64,000 nucleotides of DNA from Zygnema circumcarinatum SAG 698-1b (Eukaryota > Plantae > Zygnematophyceae), in the NCBI GenBank assembly GCA_037447605.1, contig CM074804.1, positions 8,533,909-8,597,908 on the forward strand. Direction: 5' to 3'. Positions 1 through 23,990 of this stretch are shown piece by piece. The stretch's first letter is position 1; each line of letters begins with the position of its first letter. Made by a program: the position numbers and the translations under genes. Below the pieces are notes generated by a model, which was not told the DNA's origin, searched no databases, and saw only the letters and a list, made by a program, of their open reading frames with translations.

Positions 1-723
1 TGAGTAATGCGATTTTTTTCCTTTTTTTTAAAGAGGTGAGTTATCACTTTGCCCTATAGCACGCCCTCTGTGAAGTGCGGACTGCAACCCGTTCCCATCC
101 TCTTTTCCGAACCTGGCCTCGCATGGCTGTGTCTGATTAGAACCTTGTCTTGGCTCAAACAACTGAACTCCCACTGCACCGTTACTCGGCTTGACACATC
201 GCATAGTTCATAAGGTTAAGATTTGCAAGAAGCAGTGTTAAGGAAATCACAACACGATGAAAGCGCACAGGTGGGCTATACCAGCTCCGTGAGGAGCGCA
301 TTACATGCAACAAAAACCGTGAGTTCAGTGAGCGTATTATTTTGCATAGTTGGCCCAACGAGGCTTTCACACATGTCAAGTGATCCCTCCAGCAAGCAGT
401 GCGGCCTGGAGCGCTACGCAATATCCTCACTCTATAAAAAGAGCCCCTGCTCCCTACCGCTCCTACCCTGCTCCCTTCACCAGACGCTTGAAAACATTAT
501 CCCTCCAATAATCCCCTACAGGCCTACATTTGAAAGATTAAAGCCACTCGATACAATTCCTACACATTCCCTTCAAGTAAAGCTACAGATACACGGGTGT
601 CAGCTTCAACCCTTCGACGATTCTTGTTGAGGAAGTGAATCCAATGAGATGGTGAGCCACCTCTCAGTACGGTAGCCATGGCCCAACAAAGGAGGAAAAA
701 GAGAGAGAACCCGACATTACCAC

Positions 724-2571
724 TCACACATTAAAGCACCTTGGAAAGTGATGGCCTCCCACGTAGCCTCCTGCCATCGACTTTCGGACGTTCAACTCAA
801 ACTGCCGCGGATTGTCCCTCAAGACTTCTGCAGCTTCGTGGTTAAGGGGATCGTCTGGATTAGGGTCCTGCATAAATGAGCAAAAGGATTCCATCCCCTC
901 TTCTTTTCCCTTCAGAATGCAGGCCGACATGCACGTACAGAAAGGCATCTGCATACAAAGAAAAGCAGTCCAAAACTCCCTCTTTCTTCCCGCCCTTTCG
1001 ACCTTTCCCTTCCCCTCTCTTGCTTGAGCGATGTAAAACAGTCAAAGTCCAACAAAGGTCAGCAGTACATCTGCTACTCAGCTAGTTGCCATAGATTGCA
1101 CTGAAGATTTGACGAGAACAATAACACGTATACATTGGAATTGCTTATGGTAGCTGGGTTCAAGAGATGCTAATATCCCTTTTCACTCAGACAGCCAAAG
1201 ACAGCAAAAATCCTGATGAGTCAGAGAACCCGAAAAGCCTCATGGAAAGCTAAAGTGTTCGATCTCCGGTAGACAATACGTCATCAAAGTCCAATCGTCT
1301 ACATATGCGGTAAAGCCCAATATGTATTAACAGGGAAGACTAAAATGCACTTCCGAGCCTGAAATCAATATACAGTGCATGGAACTTACAAGAAATAGAT
1401 ACTGAAGACCATAGATGATAGAATTAACACTGAGAACTGGCTTCCAATCCTCCCGTAATATATTCAAGCAAACGTTTCCCTCCAAGTCTATATTTGGATG
1501 ATACACCTAAATACCAAACACCTCCCAAAAAGCCAAATTAGTCTTCACGGGAATACGCATACCGAAGGTAAGGGCATAAGAGTGAATAACGAAGGAGAGT
1601 CGGGCAAAAAGACATTAAGGAACAAGCCTACATGTGGCCTATCATGCACTGAAACGGCACAAAGTAAAGCTATTCGTAACCCTAAAGCACACATTGCTTG
1701 CAAGGAAGGTATATTTATATTCAATCAAACCCATGTCATGTACAGCGTACAATTCAAAAGCGTCTCTACGTTCATCTCACATTTGTCTTGCATTTCACCT
1801 TCGGCGCCTCATGTGGGTACACCTGCGGAATCAAAAAAGTAAACACAAATGTCCCACCCCTGTCCCAAACAATCCAACACATACAAACTAAACAGTCAAG
1901 TTCATGAAAAGGAAACCCTAAAACCGGAATCCTATGCAGTGCACACTGGGAGTCATCAGAATACGAGAATGACGAATCAATCATTGAACAGCACAAGATA
2001 ACATCGAAAAAGCAACAAAGTGGATCAACGGTTCACCTCACCCCTAGAGACCACTCTTACGCAGCCATGCATCTTCAGTAGCGCCCAAATTGACTGATGA
2101 AACTAGCGAAACCCTAAAATGCTGCGATGAACCCTTACGTGTAATAGCCTTCCTCCGGCCGAATAGTGATCTCGAAATGAAGCAGATTGTCTTTTCCCTG
2201 CGGGAAATTGATGGAGGTGGTCTTTGCAAGGTTCAATTCACTAATATCTGCATGCAGACAAGCATGAAATAAGGTCGGCAGGTGAAAGATTCAGTGAGAC
2301 TATTTAGCATAAAATCAAATCCAACTGTCCCAATTCAGGAAATGATATACCCTCGCTGCCTACCAATGGCTATATCACAACCTCGTCTTCCAAATTCGTT
2401 AAGTCGTCATCCCTAAACTGTACGACGGTGCGGCGCTAAAATGCAAGGATCACAAGGCATAGGTTGACCTTTTTGAACGCGCAATTCTCCGGGAGACTGT
2501 TTCTTTACAAACGTTCGTCCGTTGGCGCTCTCTGCAGCTTGCTTTTGTTTGACAGAGAACAGGTTGATCAT
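724..2571 (-). CDS. RCE1: NEDD8/RUB-conjugating enzyme (Ubc12 family), 5 exons, 183 aa
   Basis: Exons 2571-2469, 2247-2139, 1859-1781, 1506-1390 and 867-724 join at GT-AG sites into [11 protein letters not shown]...GELRVQKDISELNL...[38 protein letters not shown]...[15 protein letters not shown]...FPRCFNV*, recognisably plant RCE1/UBC12 with the catalytic Cys in NVCLNIL. Confidence 0.96.
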
Positions 2572-3442
2572 GGTGCCGAGGCTGCGACTTTTCCTCCAAA
2601 AACAGGAGACTCACGCAGCAGAAACAGAGAGGAACAAGGGGGAAATGGAGGGAAATGCCCCTCTATCCCTCTCTCTCTCTCTCCCTCTGTCTCTCTCTCT
2701 CTCTCTGGCTTTCTCCCTCTGGCTTTCTCAATCGCCTTCTCCCTTTCTCTCTCCCTCTCTATTCTCCTTCCGTTCTCTCACTTCCTCCACTTTCCCACGC
2801 CTCTTCCCACAGCTCTCCTCCTCCCACTCGCTCCCCCCCTCTCCTGCCCGTTTCTCCCTCTCCCTCTCTCTCCCACTCCCTCTTCGACTGGAGTCAGCAG
2901 CAACTCAGAGGAGGGTGGCGTCAAATTGTGTAATATGAAGGGGATCCGTACACTTTCTGATCAATTCTTCGTAAAATGTGACTAGAACTGTTGGTGGTTC
3001 TTTACTGCTCTAGTTGCGTGACTGACAAATTTAGTCATTGGTCAACTCCCGTCCTGGTCAGAAAAAGTCCGCAGTTTGACCGGCGCCGCAGGAGATTGCT
3101 TCCCCGGGAAGACAAAGGCCTAACCCTAACCTTTGCCCTCCGTCCTTATCGCTCGCCCTCCCTCCCTCCCTCCCTCCCTCCCTCCCTCCCTCCCTGCTCC
3201 GCCTGACTGCAGGCAGCAGCTCTTGTTCCTCGTCATGTCTCGAGCGCTGACCCCAAATCTAACGCTAAACGCACCATAATATACTCTCTGAAGGCTCCGA
3301 CCGCAGCCTCTGACACCGGCATTCCCATACACCTAACCTTAATCTCACTTCCCACAGAGCCCATGTCTGCATTTCCTACGATCAAAACGTTGCCCTTGCC
3401 ATTGGATTGCTTCGTCACAGCGCCCCGTAGCGACGTGGCGGC

Positions 3443-6400
3443 ATGATGGGCATTCTCTGGGCCAGAGGCTTCCTCCTTGTGCTCCTCGCTCTCCTCCTTC
3501 AGCCATGGCGGCTGCACGGGGCGGAGGGACCTCAAGGCCCTCTCCTCCCACTTCCTAATGCGCAGTGTGAACAGGGGCAACCCCTCGTCGTTGTGCCGCT
3601 CCTTGACGGGTCCATCCATGGCTTGGAGCTGAACTCAGGGCGCCTCTGCTGGTCCTTCGCGTCGGGCCCGCCATTGCTGACCTCGACTGCACGGCAAGTT
3701 GCAGCAGTGGGAGGCACATGGCAGACGAACGGAAATGGGAGCAGTGACATGGAGCGCGGCATGGAGTTTGAGGTCGAGGAGGAGGACGAAGAGGATGAGG
3801 AGGAAGGGTGGGAGGGAGCTGTGGGGGAGAAGAAGGCGCAGAAGCGAGAGCGAGAGAAGGAGGTTGTCTTTCCGAGTGCAGACGGAAGTTTGTATGCGTA
3901 CCAACCAGGGCACGGTGTGCAGGTGCGTAATGGGTTTTGAACAAAATATTTGGAGCATAATGATATTCAAGTGGGATTTTATGGTTGCTCAAGGGAGTTA
4001 AAGGGACTGTGTGTCTGGAGGAAATCTCGCCAAAAACAGCTGAATCTGAAAGGAAGAGTCTTTTGAATTGCGGGGAATTGTGAAGGAATGCATAGCCACT
4101 GCGGGAGCTTAAAGAGAGGGGTTTGACGGTTCGGAAGTGCTCCTGGGAGAGGCTCTCTAGAACGTAGTTTAGGGTGTGCAGGGGAGTGTAGGGCGTGACG
4201 CTGAAGGGGTTTTGCAGGTTGTTGGGGGGCACAGAAGCTGCCGGTTACCGCAAGGGAGCTTGTGGCAGCATCTCCCTCAGTGACTCGAGATGGGGGCATA
4301 GTGTTGGGCGCCCGCCGCTCAACTGTTTACATGCTGGACGTGCATTCAGGAAAAGTAATTCGGCGCATGGATGCACAGGCGGAGCCGCCTGAACATGTCG
4401 CAAGCAGCACGCAGGAAGTTTTCGCTGGGCAGTTTCTCGGCACGCTGAATTGGGACCCGCAAGCCGTTGAGGGTTTGGATTCTATGGCGGATGCACTGCT
4501 TGTTATGAGAACCGATTACATTGTGCGGGCAGTCGATATGGGAAGTGGAGCACAAAGGTGGAATGTTTCTGTGGGGGAGCTCGGAACCTTAGACAATCCG
4601 ATGGCTGTCTCTTCACTCCCGTACCATTCGACACTTGAAAAGTTCGGTAAAATTGTTGCAGGAGATGACAACTCCCTCCGATACTTGGATCCCGAATCGA
4701 GTGAAGACTGTTGGCGGGTTGCATTCCCGGCTGCTCCGACGGCAGTGTTTTCTTCTTCAGGAGTCCTTTTGCAGCGTCTTCTTCCTGAGAAAAGTCTCGA
4801 TGATCTGGTCTACTTAACCCACATGGATGGTCATCCCTATGCCTTACCTGCAAGCCACGGGTCTGCACGAGGCTCTGACAAACTTGGGAAAATCACGCGT
4901 CCGGACGCGCCTCAGCTGATGCCAGGTTCTCAGAAAAAATTTAAGACTGTTGAATCTCTGAAAGGCCTTAGATCCCTTGAAGGTGCTGCTTCGAGGGAGC
5001 TTTTGGTTGTTGCTGCAGAGGGAAGGGCAAAAGGTTCTCAGATCTACGGCGACCTTGCATGTGCTGCCCCAAACTCTCTAGTCTTGAATAGAGAGGAAGA
5101 AGAACAGGCATTTCAAACTACATTTGTAAGCAGCAGTAGCAGTAACGCTGGTGATTTTGCGCCACTTTCCCCTCTGCCTCAACCCCCTGCTCCTCCTCCA
5201 TTGCCCCCACCCGCACCTCTCCGAGCTTCTGTATGGCTGTCCTTAGCAGCAGCTTTTGTTGGGGCAGGTGTTGTTGTTGGAGCTTTTCTAATGCTGAGAG
5301 AGAAGCGACCAGTGCAAGAGGAGAGGGAGGAGAGAAGACAGAAAGAGCTGAAACTGACTCCCAGCAAGCGGAAAAAGTTAAGAAAATTATCTGCTGCTGC
5401 TGCCAGTGCACCCGCCATTTCCGGGATGACGAGTGAGTCGGAGAGCGCGGGAACTTCCTCATCCACCAACTTGGTGAGAAACAGAGGGCAGGACAAGAAG
5501 GAGGCGGCAGTTGCAAAAGGGGAAAAGCTTCCTCCTTTGGGCGATGGGAGGTGGGTCGGGCGGCTCTTGGTCGGTTCAACTGTCATAGGATACGGTAGCC
5601 ACGGGACGCTAGTTCTGGAAGGTCAGTTAGAAGGGCGACCTGTGGCGGTTAAACGACTGTTGGTGCAGTTCTATGAAAAAGCTCGAAAGGAAATAGCAGC
5701 CCTCATAGCTTCGGATGAGCACCCAAATGTGGTTCGATGCTTCGCCATGGAGGAGGACTCCGCCTTCGTGTACGTCGCTTTGGAGCGGTGCTGCATGAGT
5801 CTGGGGGAGCTCATCCTCGCCTGCAGCCCTCGCTTGGACCAAGATGCGCTTGCGATGGAATCTTGCGATGAAATTGCAGAAAATGGTTTGGAACAAGCTG
5901 CAGGGAAACTGGGGCGGGCTGGGTCGGAACTTGTGCTTTGGGATGGCAAGGGCCGGCCAACGCCGCTTCTCTTGCAGCTCATGCGGTAAGAGGCAGGCGA
6001 TGATAACGGCGCTCGTTTAGGCTTTTTGAGACCATAATGTGAGCAAAAATATTCGCCGTGTGATGGTTTTAGAGCAAATCGTAATTGGTAAGCTGAGTTG
6101 ACATTGCCATTGAAACTTGATCCTGAACCTGAGATGCAGGGACATGGTAGCGGGCATGGCCCATGTGCATCAGCTTGGCATTGTGCATCGCGACTTGAAG
6201 CCCCAAAATGTTCTCGTGTGCACCGTACGAGGGCCAGCTGGCACCTCCCTATTGCGCGCAAAGCTTTCCGACATGGGCATAAGCAAACGACTGACAGATG
6301 GCGCGAGCTCATTCGACCCGCATACCTCAGGTGAGTGTCGCCTTCTTTGAGGTCCTCTGGAAACGGTTTCCAATCTGTTGTCATACTTAGGGCTTCGAGC

Positions 6401-7639
6401 TTAGTGTGGAATTCTATTCCCTTCGTAAGACTCTCGGGTGATTATTGGCTCCTGCCAAGCTTGAAGCTTAGTGCCTGAATCTGGTCAGCCGGCTCCTCCA
6501 GCCAGTTCTGGTCAGCCAGCTCCAGCCAGTTCTGGTCAGCCAGCCAGCCAGCCAGTAGTGACTTGAGCGGTGGTTTCTTCCCCTTGGCAGCGGCGGGCAG
6601 CGCGGGGTGGCAGGCCCCCGAGGTCCTGCAGGGCGGGGCCGCGCGGCAGACCCGCGCCGTGGACCTCTTCGCGCTCGGGTGCGTCCTCTTCTTCTGCGCG
6701 GCCGCCGGGCGGCACCCCTTCGGCCCGCGCCTCCACCGCGACGCCAACATCGTGCGGGGCGCGGCGGACCTCTTCCCCCTCGACCACCTCCCGGAGGCAC
6801 CGCACCTCCTGCGCCCGCTGCTCAGCCCCGACCCGGCCAGAAGGTGGGAGGGAGGCAGGTCGGTGGGAGCAGCAGCAGCAGATGGTCGGGCTGTGATTGG
6901 CGAGGAGGGGGGGGTAAGGTGCATGGGAGGTTCTGCATGGGAGGAGTAGAAGATCCCCTCTCCCCCCTGCTCCTGCTCCTGCCCTCGCCCTCATGAGATG
7001 GGCAGCCATGGGGGAGGGGAGGGCTGTGCAGGTTGACGGCAGCGGAAGTGGAGCGGCATCCGCTGCTTTGGAGCTCCGAGCAGCGTCTGGCCTTCCTGCG
7101 CGACGCGAGTGACAGGATGGAGGGAGAGGACCGGGAGGAGGGCTCGGAGCTGCTCGCCGCCATGGAGGCGGGGGGACCCGCCGCCCTCGGAGGGGCGTGG
7201 CTGGACAGACTGGACCCCCTCCTCCTGGAGAACCTCGGCCGGTATCGACGATACAATTACCGAAGCGTGCGCGACCTCCTGCGGGTCATTCGGAACAAGA
7301 GCAATCACTACAGGGAATTGCCACAAGGGTTGCAGGTGAGGGCGGAGAGCAGGGGACACACTCCCCCCCCTCCCTTCACTCTCTTTCTCTCTCTCACCGA
7401 CCCTGTCATATACAAGAGGAGAGCAAGAGGGTTGGGTTGGGGTCACTGCTGAGAAACGGGAATTTGTGCGCGGGTGGGACCTGCAGGAGCTCCTGGGCCC
7501 CATGCCTGAAGGCTATGAGACCTATTTTCGGGATCGATTTCCGTCTCTTTTAATTCACGTCTACGATGTCCTCAAGAAGTTTTGCCTGCACGATCCTATT
7601 TTTCGCAGATATTTTTTCCAGAGTGCATCCTCCCTATGA
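3443..7639 (+). CDS. IRE1: IRE1 ER-stress sensor kinase/endoribonuclease, 6 exons
   Basis: Exons 3443-3922, 4235-5985, 6140-6330, 6591-6843, 7032-7335, 7487-7639. Signal peptide, luminal motifs (LLDGSIHGLE, SPSVTRDGGIVLG), TM helix, kinase motifs (IGYGSHGT, VAVKRL, HRDLKPQN, SDMG, GWQAPE) and KEN RNase domain (LAFLRDASDR, DLLRVIRNKSNHYREL). Confidence 0.96.
6480..6556. repeat. Short imperfect tandem repeat in an IRE1 intron
   Basis: tctggtcagcc(a/g)gc recurs three times, followed by (cagc)n. Confidence 0.7.
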
Positions 7640-9297
7640 GGCTTCACTTCGTTTACCGTCAATGTACAGTTAATGTTTATTAAGTGGGGAACTCTGGAGA
7701 TGGGTGGGAGTCCTGCCGCGTTGCTTCGCCAGGTGCAGTTGGAGTTGTGGAGGGTCGTCCGAGCTTCAGAAGTCATGGTAGGGGTTTGGCTCGTTTTAGG
7801 GTTTCTGGCTGAGCTGACAGGCTCGGGGTAATGCAGAGACTGTCTGCTCTGTGTGTACGGTACGGGAAGAGGGTGAAAGGTGAGAGGTGGTGTCGGTCCC
7901 GCAGGACGCCGCTGTAGCAGCATCATATACTCGAAGGGGGGGGGGGTAGGGACACACGCGCTGAGTAAGGTGCAGGCGGTTTTCCGCGCTAAGTTGTGAA
8001 TTCCAGAGTGCAGTAATCGGTGTAAGCTGCGGCTCTCATAATGAAGGAGTGAGCTCCAGGGGCTTGGACGTGCGCAAACCGCAACCCCGAACTTTGTGGT
8101 GCTGCAATCCAGTGCATGTGTGTAGTGATCCTTACCTACGGTGTGCACGGAGCAGTATGCAGCACGTGGGGAGGACGGTGTGGGCACACCCGAATCTTGG
8201 CGAACAGCATGGCGCGGTGGCTGACAGGCGAGGCCGTTGTCCGTACATTGTATGACGTTACTACGCGTCACTAGGAGCACCACAGTACTGCGTGCAAGGA
8301 CAGCGGACGACACATTTCTTTGTCGTTTTGCGTGACAAGGGCCGATGACGTCACTGTGTCAGGGGATCACGGCGCCGCCTGACCGACACCTCCAACGGTC
8401 GTACTAGTACGGTTTCATGTACGAACGAGACAGAAAGACAAAAGGAAAGATGCTCGGGTAGATACAGCCAATTTGGACTTTTCTGTGTAGCACGCTACAG
8501 GCGAGCGCCAGCGAATGGCGACAAGCCACAAGGGCGGTGGTGTACACATGGCGAGGCGGCATTGAACGAGGCCCGCCTGTAGCGTGCAAGGTCTCGTACC
8601 TGCGCGTGCCACGAAAGCACGGGATTGGCTTAAAACAGGCAAAAAGGCTTTCTAATACGACACGGAGTCCCTCCTCCGCCGACAAACGAGATCCCCGCGA
8701 CGTGGGAACCTCCGCCGCATCCTCCACGTGGTGCCTCCACATGCGCCTGCCGCCCGCAAAAACCGTTGCTCGTGTGCCACGTCACCCCGGGTGGGGACCA
8801 CTCGACGCTTCTCCACCGTTGGGGGGGCCCACTTTTCTTTCCATTGTCGACGTGGCGTCAACCCATTCGCCAGCGCTTCCCAGAAATGTGGAGCCGAAAA
8901 AGTTCCGCAATGGGCGCGTGCCACGCGTCCGGCCAAGCCCGCCAGCGGCGCCGCGCAGGGCGCCAAATGGCGCGCGCGAGAACCCCTGTGCGGCACACTC
9001 CCTCCCTCCCTCCCTCCCGCCCGAGCTCGGGCCTGAGGAAGCCTCCCTCCCCTCTCCTTCTCCTTCTCCCTCTCCCTCTATCAGTCGCCTCTCTCTCTCC
9101 CTCATCGCCTCGCCGTCGCCCAGACCCGCCCCTCCCTCGCCCCTGTTTTCTTTTTCAGCCTACACGCACTGCCTCTCTCTCTCCCTCCCCCTCTCTCGTT
9201 CCCTCGCGCACTCCCTCCGACTAGGTTTTTCTTATTGTGGCACACTCCCCGACTCCACTCGAGGAGGATGAGGCGGCCTCGTCCTCCATCGGCCCAT

Positions 9298-19934
<10,637 letters not shown>

Positions 19935-20374
19935 CCCGCCCTGCCCTTCATCTCCCTCCCTCCCTCCCTTCCGCGCTCCCTCCCTCCCTCACTCCCTCCC
20001 TCCCTCCCTTGCGCGCGAACCTCCTCTCCGCTCCGCCTTGCTCTGCTCTGCGGCAGCCAGAATAAGTCTTTGAGCCCCCCCCGAGAGTGAGGGACCCAGC
20101 CAGCGATCAGGTCGCGGCCACACGCTGTACATTGGATCGCTTGCGCGCTCGCTCCTTTCAGCTGTAACTTTTGTTCGCCTTTTTATATGCTAAATTAATT
20201 AGGATTGTAGACTGTAAAACAAGTTTGTAATTCTTTCTATCTTTTTGAAAAAAAACAGATTGTGAAACTGTCACTGGCTGTAGAAGATGTGGGTTTGCGA
20301 CTGCAGGAGGTTGGCATGCTGTATCCGCACTCGCTGAGCTGAAGGCTTCAAGCCTTTCGAGTGCAGTGTTGTGT

Positions 20375-20577
20375 CTTGAACAAAATAACGAATGAAAAAA
20401 ATGAAATTGGTCAACTTTGTGAACTATTTAATTCTGGTTCTATAAGGAGACAATCTGAATGAAATGAATTTGCGGTGCCTTGAACAAAACAACGAATGAA
20501 AAAAATGAAACTGGTCAAATTTGTGTACTTTTTAAATTCTGGTTCTATAAGGAGACAATCTCAATAAAATGAAATTG
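20375..20577. repeat. Direct tandem duplication, ~104-bp unit x2
   Basis: cttgaacaaaa(t/c)aacgaatgaaaaaaatgaaa...ctggttctataaggagacaatct starts at 20375 and again at 20479. Confidence 0.9.
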
Positions 20578-21204
20578 CCACAAAGCGGCCGCAGCGACTC
20601 CCTCCCCCTCACTCACTCACTCGGGGCGAATCGAGGAAGGGAATGCGGGCCCCCGTATCCGACCACACAGAATGAAATGCCCGGACATCGGCCAATCAGA
20701 GGCTGGCGTTGTATCGGTGCGCTTTGGCAATTCGGAATGCATACCACCACGTGGTGCGCTTGGCCTCGCCAAAAACGCGGTTCCACCGGTCGAATGAATG
20801 CACACCTTTGCAGTAGTAGTTCTCAAAAGGAATGCTCAAGACAAATGTAAGACTCAACACTAAGGTAGAGAAAGCCCCACCGGGCATAAAACTCTGTATT
20901 TTTTTGGATTTGAAGTACAATAGATTCTAGCAGAAGCTTTTTACTCAATGTAGCTTGCACTACCCCGCTTTTCTATTTCCTAGACTTCAGCACAGTTTTC
21001 CCTTTGACTAAAGGCTTTGCTTTGGCTTCGCTACACACCCGCCATTGGTATATAGTGTGAGGGTTGAACGTTCCACTTCACTGCACACTACCCCTAGTGT
21101 GAGATTGGAAGTTACTTAGACTCTGTACAAGAGCAGCTTATGTAATAGGGGCGCGCCGCAAACTCACATGGTTTGTGGCGACTTCCTGCATTCGCTTGGC
21201 TCTT

Positions 21205-21310
21205 CGGGCTTTGCCACCTTGGACGCATAGCTCCTTAGGCTCCGCCACTTCGAACGCATGGCTCCTCAAGTTCCACTACCTCGGATGCATGGCTCCTCAG
21301 ACATAGCCGC
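21205..21310. repeat. 31-bp minisatellite, about 3 diverged copies
   Basis: gcat(a/g)gctcct core at 21225, 21256 and 21287. Confidence 0.7.
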
Positions 21311-22420
21311 CTCGGGAACCGCCCTTTAGCGAGCTGCCATTGGCACTTGCCCTTTCACGCCGCGATCTTGATTCCCACGTGTGCTTGTATATATCTAAAC
21401 TTAGCGCCTCGTGCGCTTTTTTGGGTTCACGTCCGTACAAGTCCAAACTTAGCATTTACGCGCCTACACGTGCACTTGTGTTTGAACCGTCAAAAGGTTA
21501 TTTCGTCATATCACGGTCCCAGAACTTATTACATCACATTGTTCGCGTGACCAGCTTTGTCGCTTCATGTTCGCGTCTAGTTCATCATCCTCTAGAGATT
21601 ATGCGCCAAACATTGTATGGCTTCTAGCCCCGTACAACAGAGTGGGAGATAGAGGAATGGAAAGAAGGAGAAGGTGAGAGTAAGGAGATGCAGGAGAGGC
21701 CAGTGGTGAAGCGCAAAGAGTGCGAGGCAGAGTGGGAGGAGGAAGAACAGGACAAGAGTCAACCATTGAAGAGAGCGAGGCAAGAGCTCCCACAATTGAG
21801 CATCTCTTCTTGCAATAACCCGAGCCCTTTTCAACACCTTTGCGCTCGGGCCTTGCGCGTCTTTCAACTAGCTCCCAGTCTACCACGTAGCAAGGGGTAC
21901 ATTTTTTCTTTAAAGTTTGTGTGACCCTTGAAAAAAATATATTTTTTATTATTAGGAGAAAGACTTTACGACTTTTCACTGACATGAGTGAATGTGCTGT
22001 GTGTTTTTTTTTCGAAATTTACCTATCCAACACTGCTACAGCTGCTACAACCCCTAAAGCTACTATAGCACCTATAGCTCTTACAACTACTACAGCTGCG
22101 CGCCCACGCATGCGCTTGTGTTTGAATGCCCAAAATGTTGTTTCGTCATATCACGGTCCCAAAACTTATTGCATCACATTGTTCGCGTGACCTAACCTTG
22201 TTGCTTCATGTTTACGTTTAGTTCATTATCTTTTAGAGACTATGCGCCAAATGTTGCATGGCCTCTAGCCCCGTACAACAGAGTAGGAGATAGAGGAAAA
22301 GAAAGAAGGAGAAGGTAAGAGTAAGGAGATGGAGGAGAGGCTAGTGGTGAAGCGCAAGGAGTGCGAGGTGCAGTTAGAGGAGTGCGAGGTGCAGTGGGAG
22401 GAGGAACAGGACGAGAGTCC

Positions 22421-23439
22421 TGTTAGTGTATAGTAGTTAGTCACTAGACAAGTTGTTGTTGGGACATTAGTTTTGTGTGCGTGTGTTGTGTGTGGCCCTT
22501 GGCGGCGATGTGCGCCTAGACCGACGGGCGGCGGTACGGACTTTGGTCGGTGGAGAGGCGCGGCGCGGCGGAGTCAGAAGTGACGAGGCGCGACGCGACG
22601 AATCGAAAAGTGACGTGGCGCGGACGCGGACGCGGAGCGAATCGAAGATGTGACGCGACGCGCGAAACTGCGCGCAAATTTGAAGTGACGTGGCGCGGCG
22701 TCAGCCTTTGGATTGGCTGATTTGGACTTGGCGCGAAGTGGCGTCAGATTGTCGGCGCGCGATTCAGAATTGTACGGAGCTGCGTCGAATTGTCGGTGGC
22801 GTGAGACGACGCGAGGATTGACGCGTCATCTATCTTGGAGGCAAGGTCAGATCCTACGGCGCAAGACGTGGATTGAACGGAAGGCTGAGTCGGATCCGAC
22901 GGAAGCAAAGGGCTGGATCCGTGTGAGTCTACGAGGATCCGACGGCGCAGGATTAGGATCGGGATANNNNNNNNNNGGCCCTTGCAGGCTGCTAGTCGAT
23001 GTTGTGAAGCTTCGTAGCATGTTGTTGTCACGTGTGAAGTGACATAGTACTTAAGGATTAGCTTTTGTTATGTGGGGTAACAATTCATTCAGGCTGTTGT
23101 AGTCTCTGTTATGCTGTTCGCTCGTGTTGCGACACTACACTTACTCGTGCTGTGAGGTAGTGAGCTGTGAGATTGCTGAGCGGCCGATTTGAGAGGGGGT
23201 CTCTCAATGTATGAGTGAATTCACTATTAAGGAGTTTTAGAGCCAGGAGCTTTCTCCTATTCATTTCTCTCTGTTATTCCGCTGTGCATTATTGCTGTGA
23301 TTCACTCTGTGAGTAAAATGGGCTATGAGTGAATGTGAGAGATTTGAAGATGTCATCGTCGATTGGAACGCGAACTCCGATGGAGGGTGACCCGAATGGA
23401 GGAACGGACGGCAGCAGTGGAGGAGTCCCTGCACCAACA
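22421..23439. mobile_element. LTR-type insertion (solo LTR or collapsed element) with 5-bp TSD AGTCC
   Basis: Begins TGTTAG and ends CCAACA. agtcc lies at 22416-22420 and 23440-23444, and repeat copy 1 shows the empty site (gagtc|aaccattgaag). Contains an N gap. Confidence 0.82.
22967..22976. other. Assembly gap (10 N)
   Basis: Literal n run. Confidence 1.
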
Positions 23440-23990
23440 AGTCCACCATTGAAGAAGGCGAGGCAAGAGCTCCTACAATTGAGCAATCTCTTTTTGCAAT
23501 AGCCCGAGCCCTTTTCAACGCCTCTGCGCTCGGGCCTTGCGCGTCTTTCAACTAGCTTTTAGTCTACCACGTAGCAAGGGGTACGTTTTTTCTTTAAGGT
23601 TTGTGTGGCCCTTGAAAAAAATGTATTTTTTATTATTAGGAGAAAAATTGAACGACTTTTCACTGACATGAGTTAGTATGTTGCGTGTTTTTTTTTGAAA
23701 TTTACATGTCCAACACTGCTACATTTGTTACAACCCTTAAAGCTATTGTAGCACCTATAGCTCTTACAACTACTACAGCTGCTTCAGCTGTGTCATTTGT
23801 TGGCACACCTAAAAAAGAAGTCCAAGAGAAGGCTACGAAAGAGCAGCATGTGTCATCCATAGTAGTAAAACCTATTACATGTGCTCGACATAATGGGTAG
23901 CAATCCAAAGTATTTTTGCTTGATGAGCAGGTGGAGGCCCAGCTCTAGGAGGGCTTTGCGTGGATGGCTACAAAGAAGAGCGACTTCAGC

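Larger units (their letters stand above)
21459..23782. repeat. ~640-bp tandem repeat: copy 1 at 21459-22098, copy 2 at 22099-22420 plus 23440-23782 (interrupted)
   Basis: Extended similarity, e.g. tcgtcatatcacggtccc and ccccgtacaacagagt in both first halves, and gcgaggcaagagctcc, ccacgtagcaaggggtac and ctcttacaactactacagctgc in both second halves. Confidence 0.9.

Noticed and set aside
21459-23782. CRISPR-like or regularly spaced array
   Set aside because: Only two long diverged copies with no repeat-spacer periodicity, in a eukaryotic context.
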